Assembly (NCBI RefSeq): GCF_001194135.2
Contig: NC_068985.1
Location: 81,312,014-81,376,013 of the forward strand
From: Octopus bimaculoides
Lineage: Eukaryota
Direction: 5' to 3'
DNA: 64,000 bases
Positions 1 to 11,950 of the stretch are shown here, one piece after another (the first letter of the stretch is position 1; every line of letters starts with the position of its first letter). The position numbers were made by a program, and so were the translations under genes. The notes beneath the pieces were generated by a model that saw nothing but the letters and a program-made list of their open reading frames with translations, was not told where the DNA came from and did no database searches.

Positions 1-37
1 ATATATATATAATACAATGTGTCTGTAGGTCATAACA

Positions 38-65
38 CCCAGGCAATGCTGGGGTGCATTGCTAG
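38..65 (+). mobile_element. Helitron-type 3' terminus (hairpin + CTAG|T)
   Basis: CCCAG-gcaatg-CTGGG hairpin at 38-53, then 8 nt, then CTAG (62-65) followed by T. This is the canonical Helitron 3' end geometry; the element body would lie upstream of the window. Confidence 0.55.
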
Positions 66-216
66 TCTGTAATAAAACATACGAGAGCTGTATATTATTT
101 TAAGTATATTTTAACTATTGTTATACTTGGGGATGGTCGCATTTTGCCAATTAAACACATGCATTGTATGTTTGGTCTTTATCTCATGTGTCTCCTCTTC
201 TATATTTTACATATAT

Positions 217-292
217 GTTAGCACATCATAAGCATTTTAACTATATTTTAGTACATCATAAGTATTTTAACTATATCATAGCACATCATATG
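217..292. repeat. Short ~30-bp tandem repeat (about 2.5 copies)
   Basis: agcacatcataagcattttaactatattt / agtacatcataagtattttaactatatcat / agcacatcata. It explains the repetitive HHK(H/Y)FNYI in ORF 164-529. Confidence 0.7.
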
Positions 293-559
293 TATATAGT
301 ACCATCACCAAATATAAACAAAAACCAACTTAACATTTATGTGACCATCATGATTTTACTGCAATGTAGCTGTTTCAGTCACAACACAAGATCTCAGACC
401 AAGTCATATCTCAGATCAAGTCATTTGCCAAACAGGTATAACTCAAAATATATACTAAGTATTCTTGTTAAATATTTGAATATATACAGACTGCTGTGTG
501 TGATGGAATTGTATTATTGTTATATATGAATTAGGGTTTTGGTTTAGAATTATCATTAG

Positions 560-745
560 AATATTGAACAAAATGCCCTGCAGTATTTGTTTTGGCTCTA
601 CATTTTTAGTTGAAATCTTACTGAGATCAGCTTCATCTTTTACCCCTCAGGGAGTGGTATAATAAATTACTAGTCAACGACTATGGCCACTCATATCAAC
701 TGTAACCCTCCCCTGAAATGTCTGGCTTTGTAACTATGTAAATAA
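560..745 (+). mobile_element. Degraded SINE, family B
   Basis: Weak colinear similarity to the young copy at 18455-18682 (aaatgc..cagtattt, cttt..cccctcagggag, ccctcccctgaaat..ctggc.ttg). Confidence 0.45.
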
Positions 746-2454
746 TTTTTATTATATGTGAGTAATTTTATTTTTTATTTGCAAATTAAAAACAGTTAAA
801 GAGAGCATGCTGAATAAGACGTAGTAAATAGATGTTTGAGAAATAGAATAATATGTAGTAACTAGGATTGACTTTGCTTTCATTACAATACTATCAATGA
901 TAATCTGTATCTGTAAGATTTGCTACAATCTTGAGAAATTGATCTTGTCCTAAACAAAGAAATTGTAATTATGTACCAGTAAGATACTGAGGTTTATTAC
1001 AAAGTGATCAACTACAATTCCTCCCATGAAATCTGGCCTCGTCCCTAACAAAGACATAATTATTCCTGGCTGTTTAATTTCTAAAGCCAATGAGTCTCTG
1101 TGTTTTTCTGTACACAGCTTGCATAAGCAGCTGTGTTAATAATTCATTCACATCAACTGAATGAGAGCTTAATTACCATAAAGTATCAAAATGTACATTT
1201 ACTATATTAATCAACTTAGGATACAATTTATTTAAATTCAATCAATTTTGCTGAAAGCTGTTAAACTATGTGAAAACAAGATGTTTCAAAGCCAGTGATT
1301 CAGCCAGCAATGAGAATCCATTTTCTTGGAGACACACTGACATAATGAGATATAACAGAAAACCATTAGAACAATGTACAGCTTTACTTCAGATGATGAG
1401 TATAGCTTGATGAAGGAAATCTAAAGACACATATGTGTATAGCTAAACAAACAGACAGGCAGCCAGAATTATGATAATTAATTGTTGTTTCTTGAAAATC
1501 TCTTTTCTAAGGTACATGATCCTACTGTCATTTTAGCTCATTTCATATAAATCACTTATTCTCATTTAATTTTAATTTTCGGCTGTCTTTTTCTCTTGGA
1601 TACAATTTTTTTTTTGTTGGGTGTGGAGGGATGGATTTGATTGTAGTTCTTCAATTACTTGTAATTCTTGACATATTGTCTCTGATAGTGACACTGATTT
1701 TTTTAACAACTAAAAGTGAAAGTTATCATTGTGACAGGTTGTCTGAATATTTTGTTAATTGAAACAAGTTTCCTTTAGTATGTAAATTTACATGTTGCTC
1801 ATAGTTACAGTGATAGAATCACAACCAACACATATCTAAAATAATTACAGTTACTTTTCTAAGCAAACCCAGTGAACAGTTCTTCCTCCACCTTATGAAC
1901 ATTTGTGGATTCCAGTCCAACATGGATGTCATCCATTATCTTCTTAGATACAAACCAAAGACCCTATTCCCCTAAGACATGAATATCTCACTACATTTAT
2001 AGTCTATCCTGCTGTCAAGACTATATTCTATATTCAAACTTCTCTCTGAAAGGTGATGTTAATGCATATTCAAAATCCACATTTTTCACTACCCTTCATT
2101 GTCATCTGAATATCAGTGATAAAGTCTAGGTTACTTGTAGAGGATGCCTATGAATGAAATGCATGAAGGAATAAAGGGTGATATTACATGCATAGGGGTA
2201 AGCATTGTTTGAGATAACAGTAAGTCTTTAATATTGCAGTGAGTTCAGAATAACAAAAAAATTGGCTTCTGCACCAGCAAAATTGGTATGAGAATAGTGT
2301 GAAAGCCAAGAAAAATTGTAAAGGCTTTTCTATATTTCTCTAAATTCATCTGCTAACAAATTGTTTGGCTATCTCTCATGCTGCATTGAAGATATCTCAC
2401 TACATTCATCTCAGTCCTCCATGAACTCAAATCTTCGCATGCACACCTATGTGT

Positions 2455-2655
2455 GAGTGTGTGTTTATGTGTACTATTGTCTTGACATCATGTGACAATT
2501 GCAATTCAGCATCATTATACAAGGGAAATATTAACTTGCTTGAAATCAGGTGAGGGTTAGCAACGGGAAGGACATCCAGCTGCAGAAAATCTGCTTCAAT
2601 AAATTCTGTCTAACTCATGCAAGCATAGAAAAGTAGACAAAAAATAATGATGATT
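2455..2655 (+). mobile_element. 3' half of SINE/retroposon with RTE-like tail
   Basis: gggaaatattaacttgcttg...ggaaggacatccagc...catgcaagcatagaaaagtagac + (ATG)n-like tail. The same blocks occur at 26930-27140 and (reverse) 55085-55330. Confidence 0.55.
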
Positions 2656-3610
2656 ATGAAGAAAATTGTCAACAATGAGATAGTTCAGAGAGTTTCCTGT
2701 ACTGGAGATAGGGTATAATCTCTGAGAAAACATATAGAGGAGGTAAAAATATAATTGATGAATCAAAGAGAAAATCCAATTCAAGATAATATCTTTATTG
2801 GTAGACTTAATCATTGCTTAGCTTAACATCAGGTTTTCAATCTAAAAAAGAACTCCCTTCTTTATTCCTACAAATCATGAAAGCTATGAAAAGGGCTATG
2901 CCTGCTTCCCTTCTTTGTCTTTTGACTAAGCCATTAAAAAAAACACAAACAAAAACTAACCTGACAACTGTCAGGACAACTTATTTTGTGCTGAGAAAAT
3001 AAAAGAATTATTTTATTTTGAAAAGAATTTATCAGAGTGTGTTTGCAATAAAGAGTTTATTTTTTTTATACATGTAAGAGATGTGGTTAGATTGCAGCTT
3101 ATAAAAATATAGAAGTGTTGCTGACAGTGATTCACACCAAAGTTGCTCTAGAAATAGTCATAATTGACAAGGAAATAAAATGTATGGCTACAGTTTTTAT
3201 CAAAAGCGAGTCTTATTGGGTGTGATTTTATGATACTGGAAATTTCTTTATAAACAGAGTGAGATTTTTTTGATAATATACACCTCTCAGAAGTATAGGA
3301 AGAGCGTTTAAATGTCACTAAATCTTTAGAGGACTGCTATATTTATGGGATTTTGCTAATCTCCAGCTTCTAAGCAGAAATGGTTTAGGGACATGCACAC
3401 ACACACGCACACACACATACACACGCACACACACACACACACACATGAGAATGTTGCCCTACATATGCTTGCAGGCAAAACCAAAGAGGTGTGCGTGTGT
3501 ATGTATATGTGTGTATACAAATATATATATATATGTATATATANNNNNNNNNNNNNNNNNNNNNNNNNNNNNNNNNNNNNNNNNNNNNNNNNNNNNNNNN
3601 NNNNNNNNNN

Positions 3611-3644
<34 letters not shown>

Positions 3645-3665
3645 GAAAAAATCGGAGTCAACAAG

Positions 3666-4025
3666 AAGGAGTACGGCTGGACATTTATTTTATAATCACT
3701 ACAATTGTTTCCATGCAACATAGTTCTCCAGGCGTGTAGGAGAACTAAGTTGTGTTTCCTCAGGCAATATGTAAATATTGTCTTCATAAGTTCAAATTCT
3801 GAGCTTCAAGAACATCCTCTCTGTCTGTCATGGCCCGAATTTAGTAGTAGTCTCTGAGTTTATCAGGGAATGTAGTTGCTGAAGGACTGTTGGCAAACTG
3901 CTTTGAATGTGTAGATCTCATAATGCAGGTAACAGTTACATAATCAAGTACCTGCACACCTGGAGAACTACATTGCATGGAAACAAATGTAGTGATTAAA
4001 AAATAAATGTCCAGTCATACTCCTT
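3666..4025. mobile_element. MITE with ~75-bp terminal inverted repeats
   Basis: 3666-3740 (aaggagtacggctggacatttattttataatcactacaattgtttccatgcaacatagttctccaggcgtgtagg) is the reverse complement, with few mismatches, of 3951-4025. Confidence 0.8.
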
Positions 4026-4027
4026 TG

Positions 4028-4072
4028 AGTGTATATGCATATTTCAGGAGTTCTTGCTCTTTCTTCAGCACC
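4028..4072 (-). ncRNA. Candidate type I hammerhead ribozyme
   Basis: Minus strand reads GGUG CUGAAGA AAGAG-CAAGAA-CUCCU GAAA UAUGCAUA U A CACU. Both conserved cores are present. Stem I is GGUG/CACU, stem II is 4 of 5 bp, stem III is the palindrome AUAUGCAUAU, and the cleavage triplet is AUA. Confidence 0.5.
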
Positions 4073-4630
4073 ATATCCCATTCATTAACCACCCAAGAAC
4101 GCATTGCATGAATAGCCATGAAATACAGTGGTGTAACATAATAGGCTGTACCAATTTTACATAATAAACATTCCTGGCAACTGGTAAGTATATTTTAATT
4201 ACTGGTTCTTTATGCAACCATAATATATTACCAGTTATATTATGGCTCTAACTTCAATGGAATATCTATAGAGATAACCCTAAAAAGTGAATTAATAGCA
4301 CTGCTAACAAAGGTGAGAGACAGTATTGACTTATAAAGCTTTAACCTAACTGGTAGTAAATTATGGATGTATAATGAGATATCAAAATCTGGTGTCCCTA
4401 CCAGCAACTGATAAATGTATGTGTGGTGCTTCAGCATGGCCCCTGTCATATGACTGAAACTAGTAAAAGAATGAAAAGAATGGATGTAAGTTTGTCGTTT
4501 ATTGATTAGAGACAGATATTCTATGTATAGAATACACTTCGTAGTGCTCAGAAGATTTGGACTTGAACAGATAGTGGAGTTAATGTAAAGTCAAGCAAAT
4601 TAGACAAGTTGATATACAGAAAATTTTGAA

Positions 4631-5158
4631 TACATTTAATACAAAAAATATACATATGTATACATATAAAAGAATTGCATATTATATATACAAATTCTTT
4701 TAAGAATTTGACTTACATAGAATGGAAATGATATCAAGAATTAAGGGGGTTGAGTAGGAGTTTTATGATTCCAACAGCTGTTTCTGGGGGCTTGGTGGTC
4801 CAAAATAATGAGTGTAACTTGATTCCATCATTGGAATCTTCTATCTTCAGAGAAGAATTTTACATTTGAGGTGTTGACAGAGTGGAGTTTAAAGCTAGAA
4901 TGATTTTGTGGAGAACTAAGTGTATTAGAAAGAGGAGTTGGTGGGTGTTTAGATAGAGAATAGTGGGAGGTTGGTGTTATCCACTGATGGAATCTAGTTA
5001 CACTCATTAATTTGGACCACCAAGCACTCAGAAACAGCTGTTAGACTCGTAAAACTCCTACTCAACTTCCTTAATTCCTGATATCACTTCCATTCTGTGT
5101 AAGTCGGAGGTTTATTTGTATATGTATACATATGAACATTTTTTGTATTAAATGTATT
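4631..5158. mobile_element. MITE/fold-back with long inverted arms
   Basis: 4709-4835 is an inverted repeat of 4980-5105, and outer block 4631-4670 is an inverted repeat of 5111-5158. The spacer is about 145 bp. Confidence 0.8.
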
Positions 5159-5651
5159 TAATATTTTTTATATATTGACTTGCCTAACTTGCTTGTCCTT
5201 GCATATGTATGTATGTACGTATGTATGTCTGTGTTTATGTATGTGTGTATGTGTATGCATATATGTGTGTATGCGTGTGTATGTATTTATGTGTGTGTGT
5301 GTATGTATGCACATATATATAAATATATGTATGTATATGTGTGTGTGTGTATGTTTGTATGTATGCCCTCTTGATTTTGGATTCAAGAATACCTAAAGCA
5401 ACATTTTTAGATTATTTAGTAGTTTTTCATTATATTTTCTATATATTCTATAATACAGTTTATAAACAATAACATTATTGAGTATAGATTTCTAATAGTC
5501 TCTTATTGGTTTACTCCATTTTCAGTAAGGTGTTACAAATGAAAACCTTTATATTGGCAGACTTTATTTGAATAACATTGGTGTTTTGCTGATATTTATA
5601 CCATTCACTGATACAGATCAGCACAAGATGTACACATACCAATATATATAT

Positions 5652-5707
<56 letters not shown>

Positions 5708-6165
5708 NNNNNNNNNNNNNNNNNNNNNNNNNNNNNNNNNNNNNNNNNNNNNNNNNNNNNNNNNNNNNNNNNNNNNNNNNNNNNNNNNNNNNNNNNNNNN
5801 NNNNNNNNNNNNNNNNNNNNNNNNNNNNNNNNNNNNNNNNNNNNNNNNNNNNNNNNNNNNNNNNNNNNNNNNNNNNNNNNNNNNNNNNNNNNNNNNNNNN
5901 NNNNNNNNNNNNNNNNNNNNNNNNNNNNNNNNNNNNNNNNNNNNNNNNNNNNNNNNNNNNNNNNNNNNNNNNNNNNNNNNNNNNNNNNNNNNNNNNNNNN
6001 NNNNNNNNNNNNNNNNNNNNNNNNNNNNNNNNNNNNNNNNNNNNNNNNNNNNNNNNNNNNNNNNNNNNNNNNNNNNNNNNNNNNNNNNNNNNNNNNNNNN
6101 NNNNNNNNNNNNNNNNNNNNNNNNNNNNNNNNNNNNNNNNNNNNNNNNNNNNNNNNNNNNNNNNN

Positions 6166-6196
<31 letters not shown>

Positions 6197-6249
6197 TGCA
6201 TGCATATATACATACATACATATAAGTGTGTGTGTGTGTGTATATATGT

Positions 6250-6417
6250 GTGTGTACCACAGGCTTTTTCACAGTTTCGATTTACCGTATTCTGTGGTTT
6301 TGAATAACTGGTGGCTATAGTGAAACGCACTTGCTGAAGATACCATGCAGTGAGAACAGACCAAGCCAGAATTATGGTGTTGTGAAGCAATTTTTTAACC
6401 ATACAGCCATGCCCATA
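6250..6417 (-). mobile_element. Degraded 5' half of SINE family A
   Basis: Reverse strand reads gggcatggctgtatggttaaaaaattgcttc...cactgcatggtatcttcagcaagtg...actatagcc, matching the family A head. Confidence 0.55.
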
Positions 6418-6655
6418 CCAGCAGTTATTCTCAAGGTTTAGGTGTGCTGATTGCAATTAAGTCTGTTGTTCACATACATAACAAGCCAAAACACTGGCAG
6501 TGGAGTTGAACTAAAGACACTGAGCTTAAAATCTAATCCCTTACTTATGTGACTTATTTGATTTAAGGGTCTTATGCGGTAGCTAAGTAGCGAACAGTTT
6601 TAATTCTACATAGCATAAACATATAACTATAAGAATACCTTAACCTTTTTATGAC

Positions 6656-7105
6656 TTGACATGGCTGTGTGGCTAGAAGCTTACTTCCTGACCACATAGT
6701 TCTGGGTTCAGTCCCAATGTGTGGCACAGCAGACAAGTGTTTTCTACTAAAGTCTTGGGCCAACCAAAGCCTTGTGAGTGGATTCAGTAGGTGGAAACTA
6801 AAAGAAGCCTGTTGTACATACATATGTACAATTATATATATATATATAAATATGTGTGTGTGTGTGTGTGCGTGTTTGTGTATTTCTGTCAGTGTTTGTC
6901 TCCCACTGCCACTTGACAACCGGTGTTGGTGTGTCTATGTTCCTCTAACTTAGCAGTTCAGCAAAAGTGACCAATAGAATAAGTACCAGGCTTAACAAAA
7001 AATAAGTACTGGAGTTGATTCATTTGACTAAAAGTTCTTCAAGGCAGTGCCCCAGCTTGGTCGTAGTCTAACGACTGAAACAAATAAGAGATAAAAGATG
7101 AAAGA
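6656..7105 (+). mobile_element. tRNA-derived SINE family A, full length
   Basis: A-box-like TGGCTGTGTGG, B-box-like GGTTCAGTCCC, internal (TA)/(TG) tract, cttgacaaccg..ggtgtgt body and gactgaaacaaataagag tail. Confidence 0.85.
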
Positions 7106-8449
7106 TGATTCTAATAGAATGCACTGGCTATGTATTGCAATTAATTTTTATATATTTTAAATATTAATCTAGTGTATAGGACTTAACCTAATAAGTGGTC
7201 CCTCCATAAAATTGTGATTGAAGGTTTTAGTTTAAATATGTACATTTAAAATGGAAGGTTTTGTATCGCAGAACCACAGGCAGTTTAATATCAAAAGGGT
7301 TAATGTGTTTGAAGTTCTTGTTAAACATAGCTTTTAGAAAGTAAAACATTGAAAGCTAATAACCATTTTATTTAATTATTTCAAAGTTTTATATTGAGAT
7401 GTTTGATTGTTGGTTGAATTTATGGATTTTCATATGATATTTAATGTGTTCAATCAATTTCTTATAAAAGTATTTTAAGCAGTATAGTTTCATATTAAGG
7501 CAACAAATCAGCAGAGTTGTTAGGATATTGTATAGAATGCCTTGTGTTTATTAAGATCTCTGCACTTTAGGTTCAAATCCCAATATGGACAACTTTGCCT
7601 TTCTTTCGTTCGGGGTAGATAATTAAAACACTGGTCCTATTCTGTAGTTAATTCATCTCTCCACCTTCTCTCTTTCTTACTTTCTCTCTCTCTCCTTTAT
7701 TCTCTCTCACTATCCCTCATTCTGTGTGTGTGTATGTATGCACATATATATAAATATATATATATATATATACCTCATTCTGTGTGTGTGTATGTGTGTG
7801 TGTGTGTTTTTCTGTAGAAGAAACTGGCTGTGGTCAGACATGGAAAGGGTGGCTCTGCCAGGTATAGATGTCCAAGACATGCTGAATGTCACAATTGCAC
7901 CTGTTTGACTCCATCTGGAGTTGAGGCAAAATGCAATGCAAGGCAGCTTTCATATTGAGTGTGTATATTTATTTAAGTTTGCTTTTCCTACAAGAGGAAA
8001 TTACAGTCACTTGCATATACTTCAGCATTGATGCTGGTACTTATGCTACCACCCTGGAAGACTGGAAGTGCTAGTAGACCTTTGTAGGATTTGAATTCAC
8101 ACTGAAGAGAGATTTAGCTAAATAATGTGAATGGATTTCTTCCCCCACTCAATTCTGTCACATTTATGCCACTATGCAGCCTTATGTAGTATATATATAT
8201 ATAAAATTAAAAGGGTAAAGGATTATCAATTTATTAATTTATTAATAAATCAACAATTAATAATTTTTACCAAGCCCTTCGGTATGTAAGCACCATTATC
8301 GGTGGAGAACTTATTCAAAAGTTCATATATATTTATAAACATAATTTAGAGATCAGCAAATATTTGCTTCACCACATACCGAAGTTCAGAAATAGCAGCT
8401 AAAAAATCTGAGACTCCAACAGATAGCATTACTTCTAACTCACAAAGGC

Positions 8450-8597
8450 AAAAACAAGAAGAAAAAACAGGAAGAAAAAACAAGAAGAAAAAACAAGAAG
8501 AAAAAACAAGAAGAAAAAGCAAGAAGAAAAAAAAGAAGAAAAAAAGAAGAAAAAACAAGAAGAAAAAAAGAAGAAAAAAAAAGAAGAAAAAAAAAAA
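8450..8597. repeat. Purine-rich 12-13-mer minisatellite (AAGAAGAAAAAAC)n
   Basis: About 11 degenerate units, directly visible. Confidence 0.9.
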
Positions 8598-8821
8598 GAC
8601 TCATTTCTTTCAAAGTTTTACCTGTAAAAAGAACTGAAATAATAACACACTCATTAAGTTCATTAATGCATAAATTCATTAATTTCAATCCATCAGGACT
8701 TGACTATTTAAGTGTTCCATTTGTAATGGACATAAAATTGTCCTGGATAACCTTGGCTTCTTTGCTAGTTTTCCAGCATCCTAACAACTCAACTATATGT
8801 TTTCCACATTATTTTCAGATT

Positions 8822-9020
8822 TTGGCACAGAGCCAGCAATTCTAGGGAGGGGTAAGTTGGTTACATCGATCCCATTATTCATCTGGTACTTAATTTATCG
8901 ACCCCAAAGGGATGAAAGACAAAAACGATCTTTTGATGGAATTTGAACTCAATGTAAAGACAGCTGAAATGCTGCTAAGCATCTTACCCATTGTGCTAAC
9001 AATTCTGCTAGCTCATGACC
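8822..9020 (-). mobile_element. SINE family B (Nin/Deu-like core)
   Basis: ctggtacttaatttatcgaccccaaagggatgaaag...atttgaactc...gctaagcat...gctaacaattctgctagctc. Confidence 0.8.
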
Positions 9021-9647
9021 TGAATATGTTTTCTATATTACTATTGATTTAGCATTTCAAAATATTTAGTTTGTTTAATGCCTCTATTTGCAACAATTAC
9101 AAAGCCATACTACATATATATTGTAATAAGAAAGACAAAATCTTAATTTGATATGCATTTATAACCTTGATACAGTGATGCAAACATTCAGTGTAAATTA
9201 CTAAGTCTTATTATATATTCAGAGTTATCATACCCCTCTAACATAGTCTGTACTTAACTTTAATAGTTTTAAAAGTTTCCTTTTTTAGATAATCTACAAT
9301 ATGTTCAATATAGAATTAAAAACAAATGCTACCCATCCTGTGATATATTTACAATATATTTCAGTAATACCTTGTATTTATGTTGTCTTGTCTATCAACA
9401 CATCTTCACAATGTATTTACTGAATTGCATTTATCAATAAACATACATTGTACTTAAATTGATTTTTCTATTTTAGTTACATAGCTATAAGTATCAAGAC
9501 ATACTTACATCTGCATTACTAGTGCATAAACAGCTTTTGCTAACCCCTATGTACAGATTGACCAAAAGAGAAGATAGACTTCACAAAGCAGAAGTACTAA
9601 TTAAGTACCTTTTAGAGCAAACTTGATAATATATCAATTTCAAATTT

Positions 9648-9850
9648 AGAAACAAGTCCAGCATTTGCAAGGGAAGGAATAAGTCGATTACATCTACCTC
9701 GGTGTTGAACTGGTACTTATTTTATCAACTCTGAAAGGAGAAAAGGCAAAGTCAACCTTGGCAAAATTTGAACTCAGAACATAAGGAAGGATAAAATGCC
9801 ACTAAGCATTTTACCAGACATTCTAACAATTCTGCCAGCTCACAGCCTTA
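9648..9850 (-). mobile_element. SINE family B
   Basis: aagtcgattacatc...ctggtacttattttatc...aaggcaaagtcaaccttggcaaaatttgaactcagaac...tctgccagctc. Confidence 0.85.
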
Positions 9851-10729
9851 AACTTGATAACATATTGATCAATCGTGTGGTGGCCAACATTGTCCTTTAT
9901 TACTATATACAATGCATCATCTCTAAACCACTGAAGGTTCTTTACAAGAATAACTATGCTCTATACTAATAATAAACACATATATGAATGAAGATGTTAT
10001 CGTTTACTTAAATATGTAGGACAATACCAAAAACAAGCTATCTGAATGACAGTTACACCTTTGCAAAGGCTATGGGTACAGATCTCTTCTTTAGACAAAG
10101 ACAAATTAAAATGAAAACAAAAGAGAAAAACCTCAGCTTAGAGAAATGAGTACCAGAATACACTGGGGATTAATTCTATATAATCTGGACACCATTAACA
10201 ACTGACTTTAGACTTAACTAAGATATTACTAATATATATTTTTAGAAAGTCCTCACTAAGATATTATTAATATATACTTTTAAAAGCTGTCTAAAAGTAA
10301 CAAATTATATGCACTGCAATAAGTAATTTCATCTCTATGTTTTGGGTTTAAATTCTGTTGTATTTTAGGAGAATCATTATGCTAAAAACAAGCACATGCA
10401 CAGTGTTCATTATTGACATAATGACCCTCCTGAGATACAACAAAGTCTGTTTTATTGCAGGATTTCACACCAAGGTTCTTGTGAACCAAATACAAAAATG
10501 AAATGTTCAAATTCTGTCTCGGCACTTCCTATCATTCATCAATTTAAAGTAAATAATCCAAGTGCCAATTACACACTGGAAATCAATTCAGTTGAGCATT
10601 CTACTATCTTCTTCATGAATATTGTTGCTGTAACTTCTTGATGCAGTCTCTTAATTCTAAGGGTGGGAAAATTAAGAAATATGATATTCCTGCTTATCAT
10701 TCAGGGTCTTTATTATTTAAATGGCATCT

Positions 10730-10887
10730 TGTGCAGGTATGGCTGTGTAGTAAAAAGCTTACTTCCCAACCACATGGTTCTATGTGCAGTCCTACTGTGT
10801 GGCACCTTAGGCAAGTGTCTTCTATTATAACCTAAGGCTGACCAAGGCTTAGGTTACAAAAACTGAAAAGAGCCCATTGTGTGTGTG

Positions 10888-10937
<50 letters not shown>

Positions 10938-11225
10938 ATGTATATATACACACTCACACACACACATACATATGTATGTATTTATATACTATGTGTGTGT
11001 GTCTTTGTGTCTGTGTTTGTCCCCTCTACCACCACTTGACAACCTGTGTTGGTGTGTTTATGTCCCTGTAACTTAGTGGTTCAGCAAAAGAGATAAATAG
11101 AGTAAGTACCAGGTTTTAAAAAAAAAAAGTACTGGAATCAATTCATTTGTCTAAAATTGTTCAAGGTGGTGCCCCAGCATGGCTGCAGTTTGATGTCTGA
11201 GGCAAGTAAAACATAATAAATAAAA
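10730..11225 (+). mobile_element. SINE family A
   Basis: gcaggtatggctgtgtagtaaaaagcttacttcccaaccacatggttc head, internal (TA)n and gtgccccagcatggctgcag tail. Confidence 0.85.
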
Positions 11226-11564
11226 ATGGTTTTCATTTAGTGGATGATTGAATTTTGGACTTTGGTACTCTATATCATATTATATACCATGGAAACAAGC
11301 AGAAATAATATGACATATGCCTAAATGCTGTACAATAATTAGTTATATCTTTTCTTTGGATTCCAGTACTGCTAGAGTTCATGTTTGTTTTTTATCCCCA
11401 TATATTCAATATAACACCTGTTCTGCTCTGGTCCTTTCTTTCATACTTTATCCTCCTGTCTACTTGCATAAAGCCACTTTTCTCTCCTTTGTAGTCCCAC
11501 TCAAAGGAGGTATCTTAATTTTGTAACCTTTATGGTGATCGCACTAATGTTAGGGCTTTGAAAA

Positions 11565-11735
11565 AATGCACCCAGTACACTTTGTAAAGAGGCTGGCATC
11601 CGTAGGCCCACCCAACAAAAAACCATGCCAGAGTAGGCATTGGAGTATGATGTAATCTTCAGGTCTACCAGATCCTATCAAATCATTCAATGTATGCCAA
11701 TATGGAAGATGTACACTAAAGATGATAGTGAAGAC
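11565..11735 (+). mobile_element. Degraded RTE-type 3' end
   Basis: gcacccagtacactttgtaaag..ggcat...aaaccatgcca...tgccaatatggaa...gatgat matches the RTE 3' UTR at 57390-57560. Confidence 0.5.
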
Positions 11736-11748
11736 AACACACATACAT

Positions 11749-11950
11749 GCAGAAATTTAGCGTGCTGGGCAAAATGCTTAGTGGTATTTTGTCTGTCTTT
11801 ATGTTCTGAGTTCAAATTCCACCAAGGTTGACTTTGCCTTTCATCCTTTCAGGGTCGATAAATTAAGTACCAGCTGCCTTCTGGGGATCGATCTAATCGA
11901 CTGGCCCCCTCCCCCAAATTTCGGGCCTTGTGCCCAGAGTAGAAAAAAAT
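11749..11950 (+). mobile_element. SINE family B
   Basis: ttagcgtgctgggcaaaatgcttagtgg...ttctgagttcaaattcc...gactttgcctttcatcctttcagggtcgataaattaagtaccag. Confidence 0.9.

Noticed and set aside
1990-2070. LKGDVNAY resembling the LINE endonuclease GDFNAH motif
   Set aside because: A single short motif; insufficient without a search.
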